Shown here: piece after piece, positions 46,317 through 55,771 of the stretch
Position numbering within the stretch: the stretch's first letter is position 1
How the letters are laid out: every line of letters begins with the position of its first letter
Assembly: GCA_030429235.1 (NCBI GenBank)
Contig: JAUIDB010000001.1
Coordinates: 157,696 to 221,695 of the forward strand
From: Thermoanaerobaculia bacterium
Lineage (GTDB): Bacteria > Acidobacteriota > Thermoanaerobaculia > Multivoradales > JAIOJS01
Length of the DNA stretch: 64,000 bases
Reading direction: 5' to 3'
Position numbers and translations under genes: made by a program
Notes under the pieces: generated by a model
What the model saw: only the letters and a program-made list of their open reading frames with translations
The model's database searches: none
What the model was told of the DNA's origin: nothing

Positions 46317-47962
46317 CCTCCTCGCGGGCCGAGTCGATCGAGCTACGGTTTCCCGTCGTTCGGCAGATCGCCGATCGGGGGTTGGCCAAGGGGTACCTGC
46401 TCTCTGACGAGATCGCCGACGCCTTGCCCGACGAGCTGGTAGCGCACCCCGAAGATCTGGCCGACGTGCTCGCCCGCCTGGCGGAACTCGGGGTCGAGGT
46501 CATTCAGCGCCCCTCGAGCTTCACCAACCGAGCCGCCGACGACTCCGAGCCGGCCGAGGAGTTCGGCAAGAAAGAGACGCCCCGACCGCTCACCGTGCAG
46601 GAGAAGACCAACGATCCAGTGCGCATGTACCTGCGGGAGATGGGCTCCGTGGAGCTGCTCGACCGCGAGGGGGAGGTCGGGATCGCCCAGCGCATCGAAC
46701 ACGGCGAGTGGAAGATCTTCATCGCCCTGGGTGAACACCCAGCGACCTTGCGCCGATTGCTCGAGCTGGAGTCGGAGGACGGTGAGAGTGGGCCGCAGCA
46801 GAAACGAACCGACGAGCTGCTGGCGACTTTCGAGCGGATCGTGGAAACGGACGAGTCGATTCGGCGGCTCGAGCGGCGACGCAAGCGCCACCAACGGGGC
46901 AGCGATGCCGCCGGAGAGGTGGAACGGGAGCTCGACCGCGAGCACGAGCGTATGGCGAAGGAGATTCGCTCGGTCTCGCTGACCACGCTGGAGCTACAGC
47001 GGATGATCGAGGTGCTACGGGGCATCGAACGGGAGTACGCCCGGGTGCGGCATGAGATCCGCCGCAACGAACGAGACCTCAAACGGACCCAGAACCAGGA
47101 GCTCGCCAAGCTGAAACGCGAGCGCATCGCCAAACACGAGGCCCGGGCCGTCGAACTGCAGCAGCGATTTGGCCTCGACACCCGAGACGTGCGCGCCATC
47201 CTGGCGCGGATCCGGGAAGGTGAAGCCGAGGTCGAACGGGCCCGCGAGGAGCTGATCGTCGCCAATCTTCGGTTGGTGGTCTCCATCGCCAAGAAGTACA
47301 CCAACCGCGGCCTGCAGTTTCTCGACCTGATCCAAGAGGGCAACATCGGCCTCATGAAGGCCGTCGAAAAGTTCGAGTACCGCCGGGGCTACAAGTTCTC
47401 GACCTATGCGACCTGGTGGATTCGGCAGGCCGTCACCCGAGCCATCGCCGACCAGGCCCGTACCATCCGGATTCCGGTGCACATGATCGAGACCATCAAC
47501 AAGGTCACCCGAACGTCACGGGCCCTGGTGCAGGAACTCGGTCGCGAGCCGACGCCGGAAGAGATCGGTGAGATCATGGACCTGCCGGGCGAGAAGATTC
47601 GGCAGATTCTCAAGATGGCCCGGGAACCAATCTCTCTCGAGACACCAGTGGGGGAGGAGGAGGACTCCAGCCTCGGCGAGTTCATCGAGGACAAGAACGC
47701 CGAGTCGCCGATCGAGAAGGTGATCTTCACCGGCTTGCAGACCGAGACCGAGGGCGTCCTACAGACCCTGACCGACCGCGAGCAGGAGGTGTTGCGCCTT
47801 CGGTTCGGGGTGGGCGACGGTTCGGAGCACACCCTAGAGGAGGTCGGTCGTCACTTCAACGTGACCCGCGAACGGATCCGCCAGATCGAGTCGAAGGCGC
47901 TTCGGAAGTTGCGTCATCCTTCGCGGGCGACGCGGCTTCGCCCCTTCCTCGAAGGACTCTGA
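46313..47962 (+). CDS. rpoD: RNA polymerase sigma-70 factor RpoD
   Basis: Region 2 [53 protein letters not shown] and region 4 [33 protein letters not shown] overlap with dnaG. Confidence 0.95.
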   Translation: MTSSRAESIELRFPVVRQIADRGLAKGYLLSDEIADALPDELVAHPEDLADVLARLAELGVEVIQRPSSFTNRAADDSEPAEEFGKKETPRPLTVQEKTNDPVRMYLREMGSVELLDREGEVGIAQRIEHGEWKIFIALGEHPATLRRLLELESEDGESGPQQKRTDELLATFERIVETDESIRRLERRRKRHQRGSDAAGEVERELDREHERMAKEIRSVSLTTLELQRMIEVLRGIEREYARVRHEIRRNERDLKRTQNQELAKLKRERIAKHEARAVELQQRFGLDTRDVRAILARIREGEAEVERAREELIVANLRLVVSIAKKYTNRGLQFLDLIQEGNIGLMKAVEKFEYRRGYKFSTYATWWIRQAVTRAIADQARTIRIPVHMIETINKVTRTSRALVQELGREPTPEEIGEIMDLPGEKIRQILKMAREPISLETPVGEEEDSSLGEFIEDKNAESPIEKVIFTGLQTETEGVLQTLTDREQEVLRLRFGVGDGSEHTLEEVGRHFNVTRERIRQIESKALRKLRHPSRATRLRPFLEGL

Positions 47963-47978
47963 TCACCAGTACGCCGCG

Positions 47979-48701
47979 TCAGCGAGGGGCTCCCGGGCGC
48001 CGGTGGCGCAGCACGATCTCGGTGACCTCGGCGCTGCGAGGCAGGGTCACGGCGGCCAGGACCATGGCGGCGACGTCGTCAGGCTGCATCCAATGCTCGG
48101 CCTGGTAGGGTGCGCCTTCGGCGGCTCGCACCTCGGCCTGCATCTCGGTGGCGGTTCGCCCCGGGAAGAGCGTCAGGACTCGGCAGCCGAGGGGAGCCAG
48201 CTCCTCACGCAGGGTCTCGGCCAGGACGCCGAGGGCGGCCTTCGAGGCGGTGTAGGCGGCGGCTCCGGCCCGGGCTCCCTTGGCCGCGGTGGACGACACG
48301 AACACCAGGTCGCGTAGGCCGCAACGAGCGGGGTCGAGGCGCCGAGTCAGGGCCCAGGGGGCGCGCAGGTTGACGGCGAGCTGTCGATCGAGAATCTCGA
48401 CCGGGGTGTCCTCCACCGGGCCGAGGTGAAACACACCCAAGCTGTGCACCAGAAGATCGAGGGGAGCCTCTCCCACCGCCCGGGCCAACCGGTCGATTCC
48501 CTCCTCGGTGGTCAGGTCACTGCCCAGGTAGCGTGCCACTCCGCCGCTCTCTTCGATCGAGGCCGTGAGGTCTCGCAGGCGTTCCTCGCGCCGTCCCGAG
48601 AGCAAGACTTCGTACTCGGCCCGCGCCAACTGCCGCGCGATCGCCCCGCCGATTCCACCGCTGGCACCGGTGACCAGGGCCCGCTTCCGCCGCAGCGTCA
48701 C
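47979..48701 (-). CDS. Short-chain dehydrogenase/reductase (SDR)
   Basis: ALVTGASGGIGGAIARQLA is the TGxxxGxG motif; YxxxK is present. GTG start overlaps the upstream stop (GTGA). The track ORF 47979..49277 is an artefactual fusion. Confidence 0.8.
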   Translation of the reverse strand: MTLRRKRALVTGASGGIGGAIARQLARAEYEVLLSGRREERLRDLTASIEESGGVARYLGSDLTTEEGIDRLARAVGEAPLDLLVHSLGVFHLGPVEDTPVEILDRQLAVNLRAPWALTRRLDPARCGLRDLVFVSSTAAKGARAGAAAYTASKAALGVLAETLREELAPLGCRVLTLFPGRTATEMQAEVRAAEGAPYQAEHWMQPDDVAAMVLAAVTLPRSAEVTEIVLRHRRPGAPR

Positions 48702-49279
48702 GAGGCCTCCTCGGTGCGCTCGTCGGCGTCGTGGGGTCCCCCGTCCGGGGCCGGGCTCGAGCGGCGGCTGACGGTGATTCCCGCCGCCGCCAGTACCCTG
48801 GAGCCGCTGGGAATGTCCTCGGTGACTACGGCCTGGGGACCGATCACCACGTCGTCTCCCACCGTGATGGCTCCGACCAGGGTAGCCCCGGCTCCGAGGA
48901 AGGCGCGATCGCCCACCGTCGGCATCTGTTGGACCCGGCCCTCGCTGGGCGAGCCAAGCGTCACGCCGTGGAGGACCAGGGCCCCCTCCCCCAGGCGGGC
49001 GAAGCCTCCGATCACCGTACCCACACCGTGGGAGATACGAAGCCCGGGGCCGATCTGGGCGTTGGCCGAGATGTCGACTCCGGTGAGGAAGAGGCCGAGT
49101 CGGGCGAAGCAGGGGCCGAGGAAGGGGATGCGGTGGCGTTTGCACCAGTGGGCGAGGCGGTGGAGTACCACCGCCTGGTAGCCGTTCTCGAAGAGCAGGG
49201 CCTCGATCACATAGAACGGAAAGGGCCGCGGATAGGCCGAGCGTAGACGGCGGGTATCTGCCCGCAGGTTGGCCCACAT
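48698..49279 (-). CDS. Serine O-acetyltransferase-like hexapeptide-repeat acetyltransferase (CysE family), probably a sugar O-acetyltransferase here
   Basis: FYVIEALLFENGYQAVVLHRLAHWCKRHRIPFLGPCFARLGLFLTGVDISANAQIGPGLRISHGVGTVIG is the SAT N-terminal plus LbH repeats. ATG at 49277-49279. Confidence 0.7.
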   Translation of the reverse strand: MWANLRADTRRLRSAYPRPFPFYVIEALLFENGYQAVVLHRLAHWCKRHRIPFLGPCFARLGLFLTGVDISANAQIGPGLRISHGVGTVIGGFARLGEGALVLHGVTLGSPSEGRVQQMPTVGDRAFLGAGATLVGAITVGDDVVIGPQAVVTEDIPSGSRVLAAAGITVSRRSSPAPDGGPHDADERTEEAS

Positions 49280-50193
49280 CAGGATCGCTCCCAGGTCGGC
49301 GGTGGCGTCATCGGGACGCGGAACCCGGTCCAAAAGCCGCGGGCCTTGGCCAGGACAGCGGCGGTATTGCGACGAGGCAGCTCGCGGAGGAAGGCGGCGG
49401 GGAGGGCGGCGGCGATGAACAGCAGGGCAGTACACCACTGCCAGGCGTTGGCGTAGCGGCGCACGAAGATCGCGCTCGAGCGACCGGTCTGGAAGGTCTT
49501 GGCCGGTTTGTAGCCCCCGGTCGATTGCGAGACCATGTGCCAGAGCCGGGCGCGGTGGGCGTAGTAGCAGCGGAAACCCTGCCGCTTGACGCGCATGCAG
49601 AAGTCGCCGTCCTCCACCGAGAGAAAGTAGATCGGGTCCCAGAACCCGGCGGCCTCGATCGCCTCGCGGCGCACCAGCATGGCGCAGCCGTTGACGTAGT
49701 CGACCTCGCAGTCCTCGTCGTACTGACCTCGATCGAGTTCCCCCTCGCCGCGTTCCTTGGTCACCGATTCCTTGAACCGGAGGATGCCACCGGCCGACCA
49801 GATCCGCTCTCGGTCCCAGTAGTAGTAGCCCTTGGGACCGACACAACCGATGGTCGGGTCGGCCTCGGCCACGGCCACCATCTGGGTGACGAAGTCGGCA
49901 GCCACCTCGATGTCGTTGTTGAGGATGAGCTGATAGTCGTAGCCCCGCTCCAGAGCCCAGCGCATGCCGACGTTGCAGCCGTTGGCGGGTCCGCGGTTCT
50001 CGTCGATCCGGAGTTGGACCACCTGCGGGAACTGCTCCTCGATCGCCGCGAAGGAGCCGTCGGTCGAGCCGTTGTCCACCACCACCAGGTCGAGCGCCGG
50101 GTAGTCGCAGTCCGACAGGCTGGCCAGGGCCTGCAAGGTCACATCACGACCGTTGTAGTTGAGGATGAGCGCGGCGACGCGGGGTGCAGCCAT
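49279..50193 (-). CDS. Glycosyltransferase family 2
   Basis: ALILNYNGRDVTLQALASLSDCDYPALDLVVVDNGSTDGS (GT-A DxD region). ATG at 50191-50193. Confidence 0.8.
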   Translation of the reverse strand: MAAPRVAALILNYNGRDVTLQALASLSDCDYPALDLVVVDNGSTDGSFAAIEEQFPQVVQLRIDENRGPANGCNVGMRWALERGYDYQLILNNDIEVAADFVTQMVAVAEADPTIGCVGPKGYYYWDRERIWSAGGILRFKESVTKERGEGELDRGQYDEDCEVDYVNGCAMLVRREAIEAAGFWDPIYFLSVEDGDFCMRVKRQGFRCYYAHRARLWHMVSQSTGGYKPAKTFQTGRSSAIFVRRYANAWQWCTALLFIAAALPAAFLRELPRRNTAAVLAKARGFWTGFRVPMTPPPTWERS

Positions 50194-50293
50194 GGCGCGG
50201 CAGTTTAGCAGGGCGGTTGGGGTCACGAGCCCTTCTAGGCCTGGATGAGCCCGGGCTCCGGGCCCGACCTGACGTGGGATAGGATCGCTCGAC

Positions 50294-51511
50294 GTGTTGC
50301 ACTCCGAGCCCTACTCCGCCCCCTCGCGGCGCCACGCCGTCGGTTTCTGGGTTTACTGGGGCCACCTCTTCACCCTGTTCGGGATCGCCATCTCCAACGG
50401 TCTCTTGGCCATCGGGATTCTCGGCTCTCCCTGGCTGGGACGGTGGCGCGGATTCCTCAACCGTCGCAACCGACTGCTGCTCGGGGCCTCCTTGGTGTAC
50501 ATCGTGCTCCTGGGGCTGTCGATCGCCACCTCGCTGGATCCATCCACCAGTGTCCACGCCATGACCGAAGTGTTCAACCTGGCCACGCTCTGGTTGGCCC
50601 TTCTCCTGGTGGCCGGGGAGCGCGAAGTACGGCGAGTGGTCGACGCGATCATCCTGTTGGGGACGGCGCAGTCGATCATCGGGTTGACCCAGTACCTGGC
50701 GGCCGGTGGCTTCGCCCTGGACCAGCGGATCCGCGGTTCGCTGTCGCACTACATGACCTTCTCGGGGATCCTGCTGCTGGCAGAGCTCCTGCTCTGTGCG
50801 CAGCTCGCCTCGCGATCCCATCCCGGAGGCCGCTTCGGATGGCGCTGGTTCGCCCTCCTGCCGATCAACGTCGCCCTGTTCGGCACCCTCACTCGGAGTG
50901 CCTGGGTCGGTCTGGCGGCGGGGTTGCTCATCTTGCTGCTCTTCGGTCGCCGCCGGGGCGTGCTGGCCGCCGCCGGCCTGGCCATCTTCGGCATTCTGGC
51001 TCTACTTCCGCACCAGCCCGTGGTCGAGCGCGTGAATTCGATCGCCGATCTAACCAACACGACCAACTACGACCGCCTCTGTATGGTCTACGCCGGTTGG
51101 GGGATGATCCGCGAACGACCGTTCCTGGGCCAGGGACCCGACATGGTCGAGGCACGGTACCCGATCTACCGCCATCCCACCGCGCCACGCCACTCGGTGC
51201 CGCACCTGCACAACGCCTATCTGCAGCTCGCGGCGGAGCGTGGTGTGCTGTCGTTGGTGGCGATGCTTCTCTTGGTCGGAGTGGGGCTACGTCGTGCCTG
51301 GCGGGACTTCCGCCGCGAGGGGGGGCGAGCGGGGAGCCGGGCCGACCTCTACGTCGGTGTGTTCTCCGCTCTGGCGGGTTTTCTGGTGGCCGGCTTCTTC
51401 GAAGACAACTGGGCCGATACCGAGGTGCAGCGTATCGTCCTCTTCCTCCTGGCGCTCCCCTTCTGCATCGAGGCGGGCGGGGGTGCGTCCGAGGTGGAGT
51501 CCGAACCCTAG
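50294..51511 (+). CDS. O-antigen ligase / Wzy_C-domain polymerase family membrane protein
   Basis: 10-12 TM segments. Periplasmic loop with ...HSVPHLHNAYLQLAAERG (Wzy_C H...N.Y motif). Divergent from the GT2 gene. Confidence 0.75.
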   Translation: MLHSEPYSAPSRRHAVGFWVYWGHLFTLFGIAISNGLLAIGILGSPWLGRWRGFLNRRNRLLLGASLVYIVLLGLSIATSLDPSTSVHAMTEVFNLATLWLALLLVAGEREVRRVVDAIILLGTAQSIIGLTQYLAAGGFALDQRIRGSLSHYMTFSGILLLAELLLCAQLASRSHPGGRFGWRWFALLPINVALFGTLTRSAWVGLAAGLLILLLFGRRRGVLAAAGLAIFGILALLPHQPVVERVNSIADLTNTTNYDRLCMVYAGWGMIRERPFLGQGPDMVEARYPIYRHPTAPRHSVPHLHNAYLQLAAERGVLSLVAMLLLVGVGLRRAWRDFRREGGRAGSRADLYVGVFSALAGFLVAGFFEDNWADTEVQRIVLFLLALPFCIEAGGGASEVESEP

Positions 51512-51557
51512 GGCTGGCTCCCCGAGAGCCTGGGCCTCGAAGCGCGGTGCCCGGCGC

Positions 51558-52856
51558 TCAGGGACTCGACGTCAGGGCCCAGAGCGCTTCGCGAGTGCGG
51601 AGGAAGATCTGTCCGTCACTCACCGCTGGCGAAGCCAGCGTGTACTCCTCGAGGTCGTTGCGCGCGAGGACTTCGAACCGGTCGCCGGCACGGAAGACTG
51701 TGGTCACGCCACCCTCGCTGGTGGCGTAGATCAAGCCGTCGGCAACGATCGGCGAAGCGCTGTACGGGGCGTCGGGGAGCCGCTCGGGACCCCAGACCAC
51801 GTCGCCGGTGGTGACGTCGTGGCACCAGACGACGCCGCGGTCGGTCACCGTGTAGAGCCGCCCTTCGGACGCCACGGGTGTGGGCACGTCCGTGCTATCG
51901 CGCACCGACCAGGCGACCTGCGGCGGTCCCTCGGCGGCGGCCCGCAAGGCCAGGGCAGGTCCCCGTTTGCCGAAGGCGAAGAGGGTCTCACCGTGCACCA
52001 GGGGTGATGCGACCAGCCGCTGGGCGCCACTCTGCTCGGGGTTGAGCCCGCCGACGCGCCAGAGTTCCTCGCCGGTGGCGAGGTCGTGCCCGGTGACCAC
52101 GTCGCCGCCGACCACCACGAGCTCGGGGCGGGCTCCGTCGCGCCGCCACAGCGTCGGCGTGGTGTAGGCATCGGGGGATTCCCGCTGCGCTGCGGTCGGC
52201 CGCTCGACCCGCCACAGGGTCTTGCCAATGGCGCCGTCGATCCGCAGCACGTACGAGGGTTCATCGGTCTCGAAGCCGTGGAGCACGGGGACGAAGAGGT
52301 CGCCGTCGTGGAGGAGCGGAGACGCAGCGTATCCCCAGAGGATCCCGAAGCGGCCGTAGTCTTCTTGCAGGTTGCGGCGCCAGCCGGGTCGGCCGTCGGT
52401 GCTGAAGGCGGCGAGCACCCCGGTACCGGTCAGCGCCCACACCGTCTGGCCGTCGGTGACCGGCGACGGCGAGGCCATGGTGTGCTTGCGTTTGTAGGTG
52501 TCGCCCTGGCCGAGTTCCTGCCGCCAGACGAACTGGCCCGAGGTACGGTCGACGGCACCGAGCCACAGCGCACCGTCGCGCTCGGGGTCCTGGCTGCCGG
52601 TGAGAAAGACGAGATCGCCACTGACGATCGGACTCGAGGCGGCAAGTCCGGGCAGGGGGAGCCGCCAGGCGACGCCCGTGGTCGGGCTCCAGGTCGTGGG
52701 CAGCCCGGCTTCGAGGCTCGAGCCGTCGAGGGTCGGACCTCGCCATTGGGGCCAATCGGCGCCCGAAACCGCGGTGGCTCCGAGCAGACCGAAGACGACG
52801 AGGGGGAGGGCACGGGAGCGGTCTAGGCATGGCATGACAGGTGTCATTGTACGCAA
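51558..52856 (-). CDS. PQQ-repeat beta-propeller protein (BamB-like), secreted
   Basis: Signal peptide; repeated DWPQWRG / W.....G...SSP PQQ-type blades. Confidence 0.75.
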   Translation of the reverse strand: MRTMTPVMPCLDRSRALPLVVFGLLGATAVSGADWPQWRGPTLDGSSLEAGLPTTWSPTTGVAWRLPLPGLAASSPIVSGDLVFLTGSQDPERDGALWLGAVDRTSGQFVWRQELGQGDTYKRKHTMASPSPVTDGQTVWALTGTGVLAAFSTDGRPGWRRNLQEDYGRFGILWGYAASPLLHDGDLFVPVLHGFETDEPSYVLRIDGAIGKTLWRVERPTAAQRESPDAYTTPTLWRRDGARPELVVVGGDVVTGHDLATGEELWRVGGLNPEQSGAQRLVASPLVHGETLFAFGKRGPALALRAAAEGPPQVAWSVRDSTDVPTPVASEGRLYTVTDRGVVWCHDVTTGDVVWGPERLPDAPYSASPIVADGLIYATSEGGVTTVFRAGDRFEVLARNDLEEYTLASPAVSDGQIFLRTREALWALTSSP

Positions 52857-52886
52857 CGCCGGGACCGCCCCCTGCCAGTCAGCGGT

Positions 52887-55064
52887 TTACTCGCCCGGCA
52901 CCGGGAAGCCGCGGTCCCGCATCAACGCGTCGATCGTGGCGTCCCGCCCGCGGAAGGCGCGATAGGCGTCGGCGGGATCGACGGCATTGCGCGGGGCGAA
53001 CAGATGCTCCACCAGCTTGGCCGCGACTTCCTGATCGTAGAAGCCACCGGGCGCTTCGGCGAACGCTTCGGCGGCGTCCGAAGTGAGAACGTCGGCCCAA
53101 AGGTATCCGTAGTAACCCGCCGAGTAGCCTTCTCCCGAGAAGACGTGGCCGAAGTGCGGCGATCGGTGCCGCATCACGATCTCGCTCGGCATCCCCAGGT
53201 CGGCCAGATTCTCACGCTCGAAGGCGTCGGGATCGATACCCGTCGGGTCGTCGGTGTGGTACCGCATGTCCATCAGTGCCGAGGCCAGGTACTCGGTGGT
53301 CGCGAAGCCCTGGTTGAAGGTCGAGGCCCGCTTGATCTTGGCCACCAGCTCGGCCGGGATCGGTTCGCCGGTCTGGTAGTGGACCAGGTAGTTGTCGATC
53401 ACCTCGTCGGTGGTCAGCCACCGCTCCAGGAGTTGTGACTGGAACTCGGTGTAGTCGCGCACGCCACCGTTGAGGGTCGGATAGGCGACGTTCGAGGAGA
53501 GGTAGTGCAGCGCGTGACCGAACTCGTGGAAGTAGGTCTCGGCGTCGTCCCAGGAGATCAGGACCGGCTCACCCGGTGCCCCCTTGATGAAGTTCGAGTT
53601 GTTGGAGGACAGGACGTTCTGGGGTTCGTCGAAGGTCTCGTGGGAGCGATAGGACGTAGCCCATGCGCCCGACCGCTTGCCCGGGCGGGCGAAGGGGTCG
53701 AGGTACCAGAGTCCGACGTGCTCGCCGCTGCTCTTCTTGGTCACCTCCCAGACCTTCACGTCCTCGTGGAACACCGGGACCGAACCCTCGGGCACGGGGG
53801 TGAAGGCAAAGTCGAACAGCTCACCGGCGACGAAGAACATCGCATCCCGCAGCTTCTCGAGCTGCAGGTACTGCTTGACCTCGTCCGAGTCCAGGTCGTA
53901 CTTGGCGCGCCGCACCTTCTCGGCGTAGTAGCGGTAGTCCCACGGTTCGATGGTCAGGCCGGCTCCTTCCGAGTCGGCCACCGCCTGCATGTCGGCGACC
54001 TCTTCCTCGACCCGGGCGAGGGCGGCCGGCCACACTGCTTCCATCAACTCGAGGGCGCGCTCGGGTGTCTTGGCCATCCGGTTCTCGAGGCGCCACTGGG
54101 CGTAGTTGTCGTAGCCGAGCAACTGGATCCGCTCGTCCCTCAGCTGCAGGATCTCGGCGATGATGGCATTGTTGTCGTACTCGTCGCCGTTGTCCCCTCG
54201 GCTGTAGTAGTTGCGCCACACCTGCTCGCGCAGCGCGCGGTCGTCGGCGTAGGTCAGGACCGGGTCCATCGAGGAGCGGGTGTTGAAAATGGCGTACTGA
54301 CCTTCGTGACCCGCCTCGGTGGCGGCCGCCGCCGCGGCCTTGAGAAAGGACTCGGGAAGGCCAGCCGTCTGCGCCTCGTCGACGTAGAGGGTGTAGCCCT
54401 CCTCGTCCGCGAGCACGTTGTTGGAGAAGGTGGTGTGGAGTTCGGCCAGGCGCTGGTTGATCGCCGCGTAGCGCTCCTTGGCCTCGCCCTCGAGCGTGGC
54501 GCCGTTGCGCGCGAACCCGTCGTAAACGAGTTCGACCAGCCGCTGCTCCTCGGGGCTGCGAGCTGCCAGCTCGTCACTTTCGTAGACCGCCCGCACGCGC
54601 TCGAAGAGCTTGGCGTTCTGGGTGATCTTGGAGTTGAACTCTGACAGCTTGGGAGCCATCTCGCTCTGGATCTCTCGGAACTCTGGGCTGGACAGGTTGC
54701 TGCTCAAGATGCCGTAGTAGGCGAACACCCGGCCAAGGTCTCGCCCCGAGCGTTCCAGGGCCACGATCGTGTTCTCGAAGGTGGGGGGCTCGCTCGAGTT
54801 GGCGATCGCATCGACCTCGTCGAGGTTCTTTTGCATGCCGATCTCGAGGGCGGGCTTGACCTCGGCGAGGTCGATCTGGTCGAAGGCGGGGACCCCCTGG
54901 TAGGGTCCCTCCCATTCGGCGAGCAGGGTGTTGGTCGTAGTCATGGCGTCCTGGGAGGAGTCGGTGGAGTCGGGGCCCTGGGCACAGGCGGTCAGGAGAC
55001 CGGCGGCGGCCAGAGCGGCGCAGAGGGTACGGACAGTTCGCATGAGCATTCCTCGTGGTTGCAA
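52887..55064 (-). CDS. dcp: Peptidase family M3 (peptidyl-dipeptidase Dcp / oligopeptidase A-like) lipoprotein
   Basis: HEFGHALHYLSSN zinc motif within the M3 fold. Signal LCAALAAAGLLTAC. 725 aa. Confidence 0.9.
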   Translation of the reverse strand: MQPRGMLMRTVRTLCAALAAAGLLTACAQGPDSTDSSQDAMTTTNTLLAEWEGPYQGVPAFDQIDLAEVKPALEIGMQKNLDEVDAIANSSEPPTFENTIVALERSGRDLGRVFAYYGILSSNLSSPEFREIQSEMAPKLSEFNSKITQNAKLFERVRAVYESDELAARSPEEQRLVELVYDGFARNGATLEGEAKERYAAINQRLAELHTTFSNNVLADEEGYTLYVDEAQTAGLPESFLKAAAAAATEAGHEGQYAIFNTRSSMDPVLTYADDRALREQVWRNYYSRGDNGDEYDNNAIIAEILQLRDERIQLLGYDNYAQWRLENRMAKTPERALELMEAVWPAALARVEEEVADMQAVADSEGAGLTIEPWDYRYYAEKVRRAKYDLDSDEVKQYLQLEKLRDAMFFVAGELFDFAFTPVPEGSVPVFHEDVKVWEVTKKSSGEHVGLWYLDPFARPGKRSGAWATSYRSHETFDEPQNVLSSNNSNFIKGAPGEPVLISWDDAETYFHEFGHALHYLSSNVAYPTLNGGVRDYTEFQSQLLERWLTTDEVIDNYLVHYQTGEPIPAELVAKIKRASTFNQGFATTEYLASALMDMRYHTDDPTGIDPDAFERENLADLGMPSEIVMRHRSPHFGHVFSGEGYSAGYYGYLWADVLTSDAAEAFAEAPGGFYDQEVAAKLVEHLFAPRNAVDPADAYRAFRGRDATIDALMRDRGFPVPGE

Positions 55065-55216
55065 GCGGCCGGAACCGGAGGGTCCGCCGCAGGGTGATCT
55101 GGGTTGGGATGGAGGGCAGGGCTCGAGAGCCAGCGGAGAAGGTGACGAACTTCGGAGGTACGAGTCAGAGCGGCTTTAGGTTGCGTTGCCTCCGACGCGG
55201 CCTGGCGTCGGGCCCG

Positions 55217-55639
55217 TCAGGGGTTGGTGGCCTCATCCTCGAGTTGGGCCAGGAAGCGCTCGAAGTTCTCGCGGTTGGCGAAGTAGGAGATCGCTCCTTC
55301 GGCGTCGGCGGCCTTGATCGCCGTGGCCTTGTCGACCTTCTCGCCGGTCAAGGGGTCGACGGCACTCCGGATCGCCTCGTCGGTGGCGAGCCGGGCCTTG
55401 CACATCTCGCAGCAGCCGAAGTAGGTGCGACCGTCGACCTCGACCGGAATCTGGTCGCGGGCGAAGAGCTGATCATTGACCATGCAGACCTTGACGGCTT
55501 CGACCTCTTGCAGCGCCACAGCCGGGGGCTCGTTCGCGTTGTCAGCCGTTTCGTCGGCGAAACCCGCGAAGGGCACCAGGGCGAGTACGGCGAGAAGGGA
55601 GAGAAGGAGGTGGATCTGGGGGCGGTGGGTGGTGTGCAT
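55217..55639 (-). CDS. YHS/TRASH-type metal-binding domain protein, secreted
   Basis: Signal MHTTHRPQIHLLLSLLAVLALVPFAGFA. EVDGRTYFGCCEMCKARL resembles YHS-domain Cys motifs. ATG at 55637-55639; the track ORF extends to 56296. Confidence 0.5.
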   Translation of the reverse strand: MHTTHRPQIHLLLSLLAVLALVPFAGFADETADNANEPPAVALQEVEAVKVCMVNDQLFARDQIPVEVDGRTYFGCCEMCKARLATDEAIRSAVDPLTGEKVDKATAIKAADAEGAISYFANRENFERFLAQLEDEATNP

Positions 55640-55771
55640 TGGGGTGCTCCTGAATAGACGGGACACCCGATGGGGTGCCGCAAGGCTCCGATTATAGGTT
55701 CCCGGGAACCACGACGTCGGTGCGATACACTGCATCGGCCTCCGACCGTCGGACGCTTCCGAGGAAAACCC

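Noticed and set aside
55195-55212. GC hairpin cgacgc-N6-gcgtcg just downstream of the YHS-domain gene as a rho-independent terminator
   Set aside because: No following U-tract on the transcribed strand. GC-rich palindromes of this size are frequent by chance at 70% GC.
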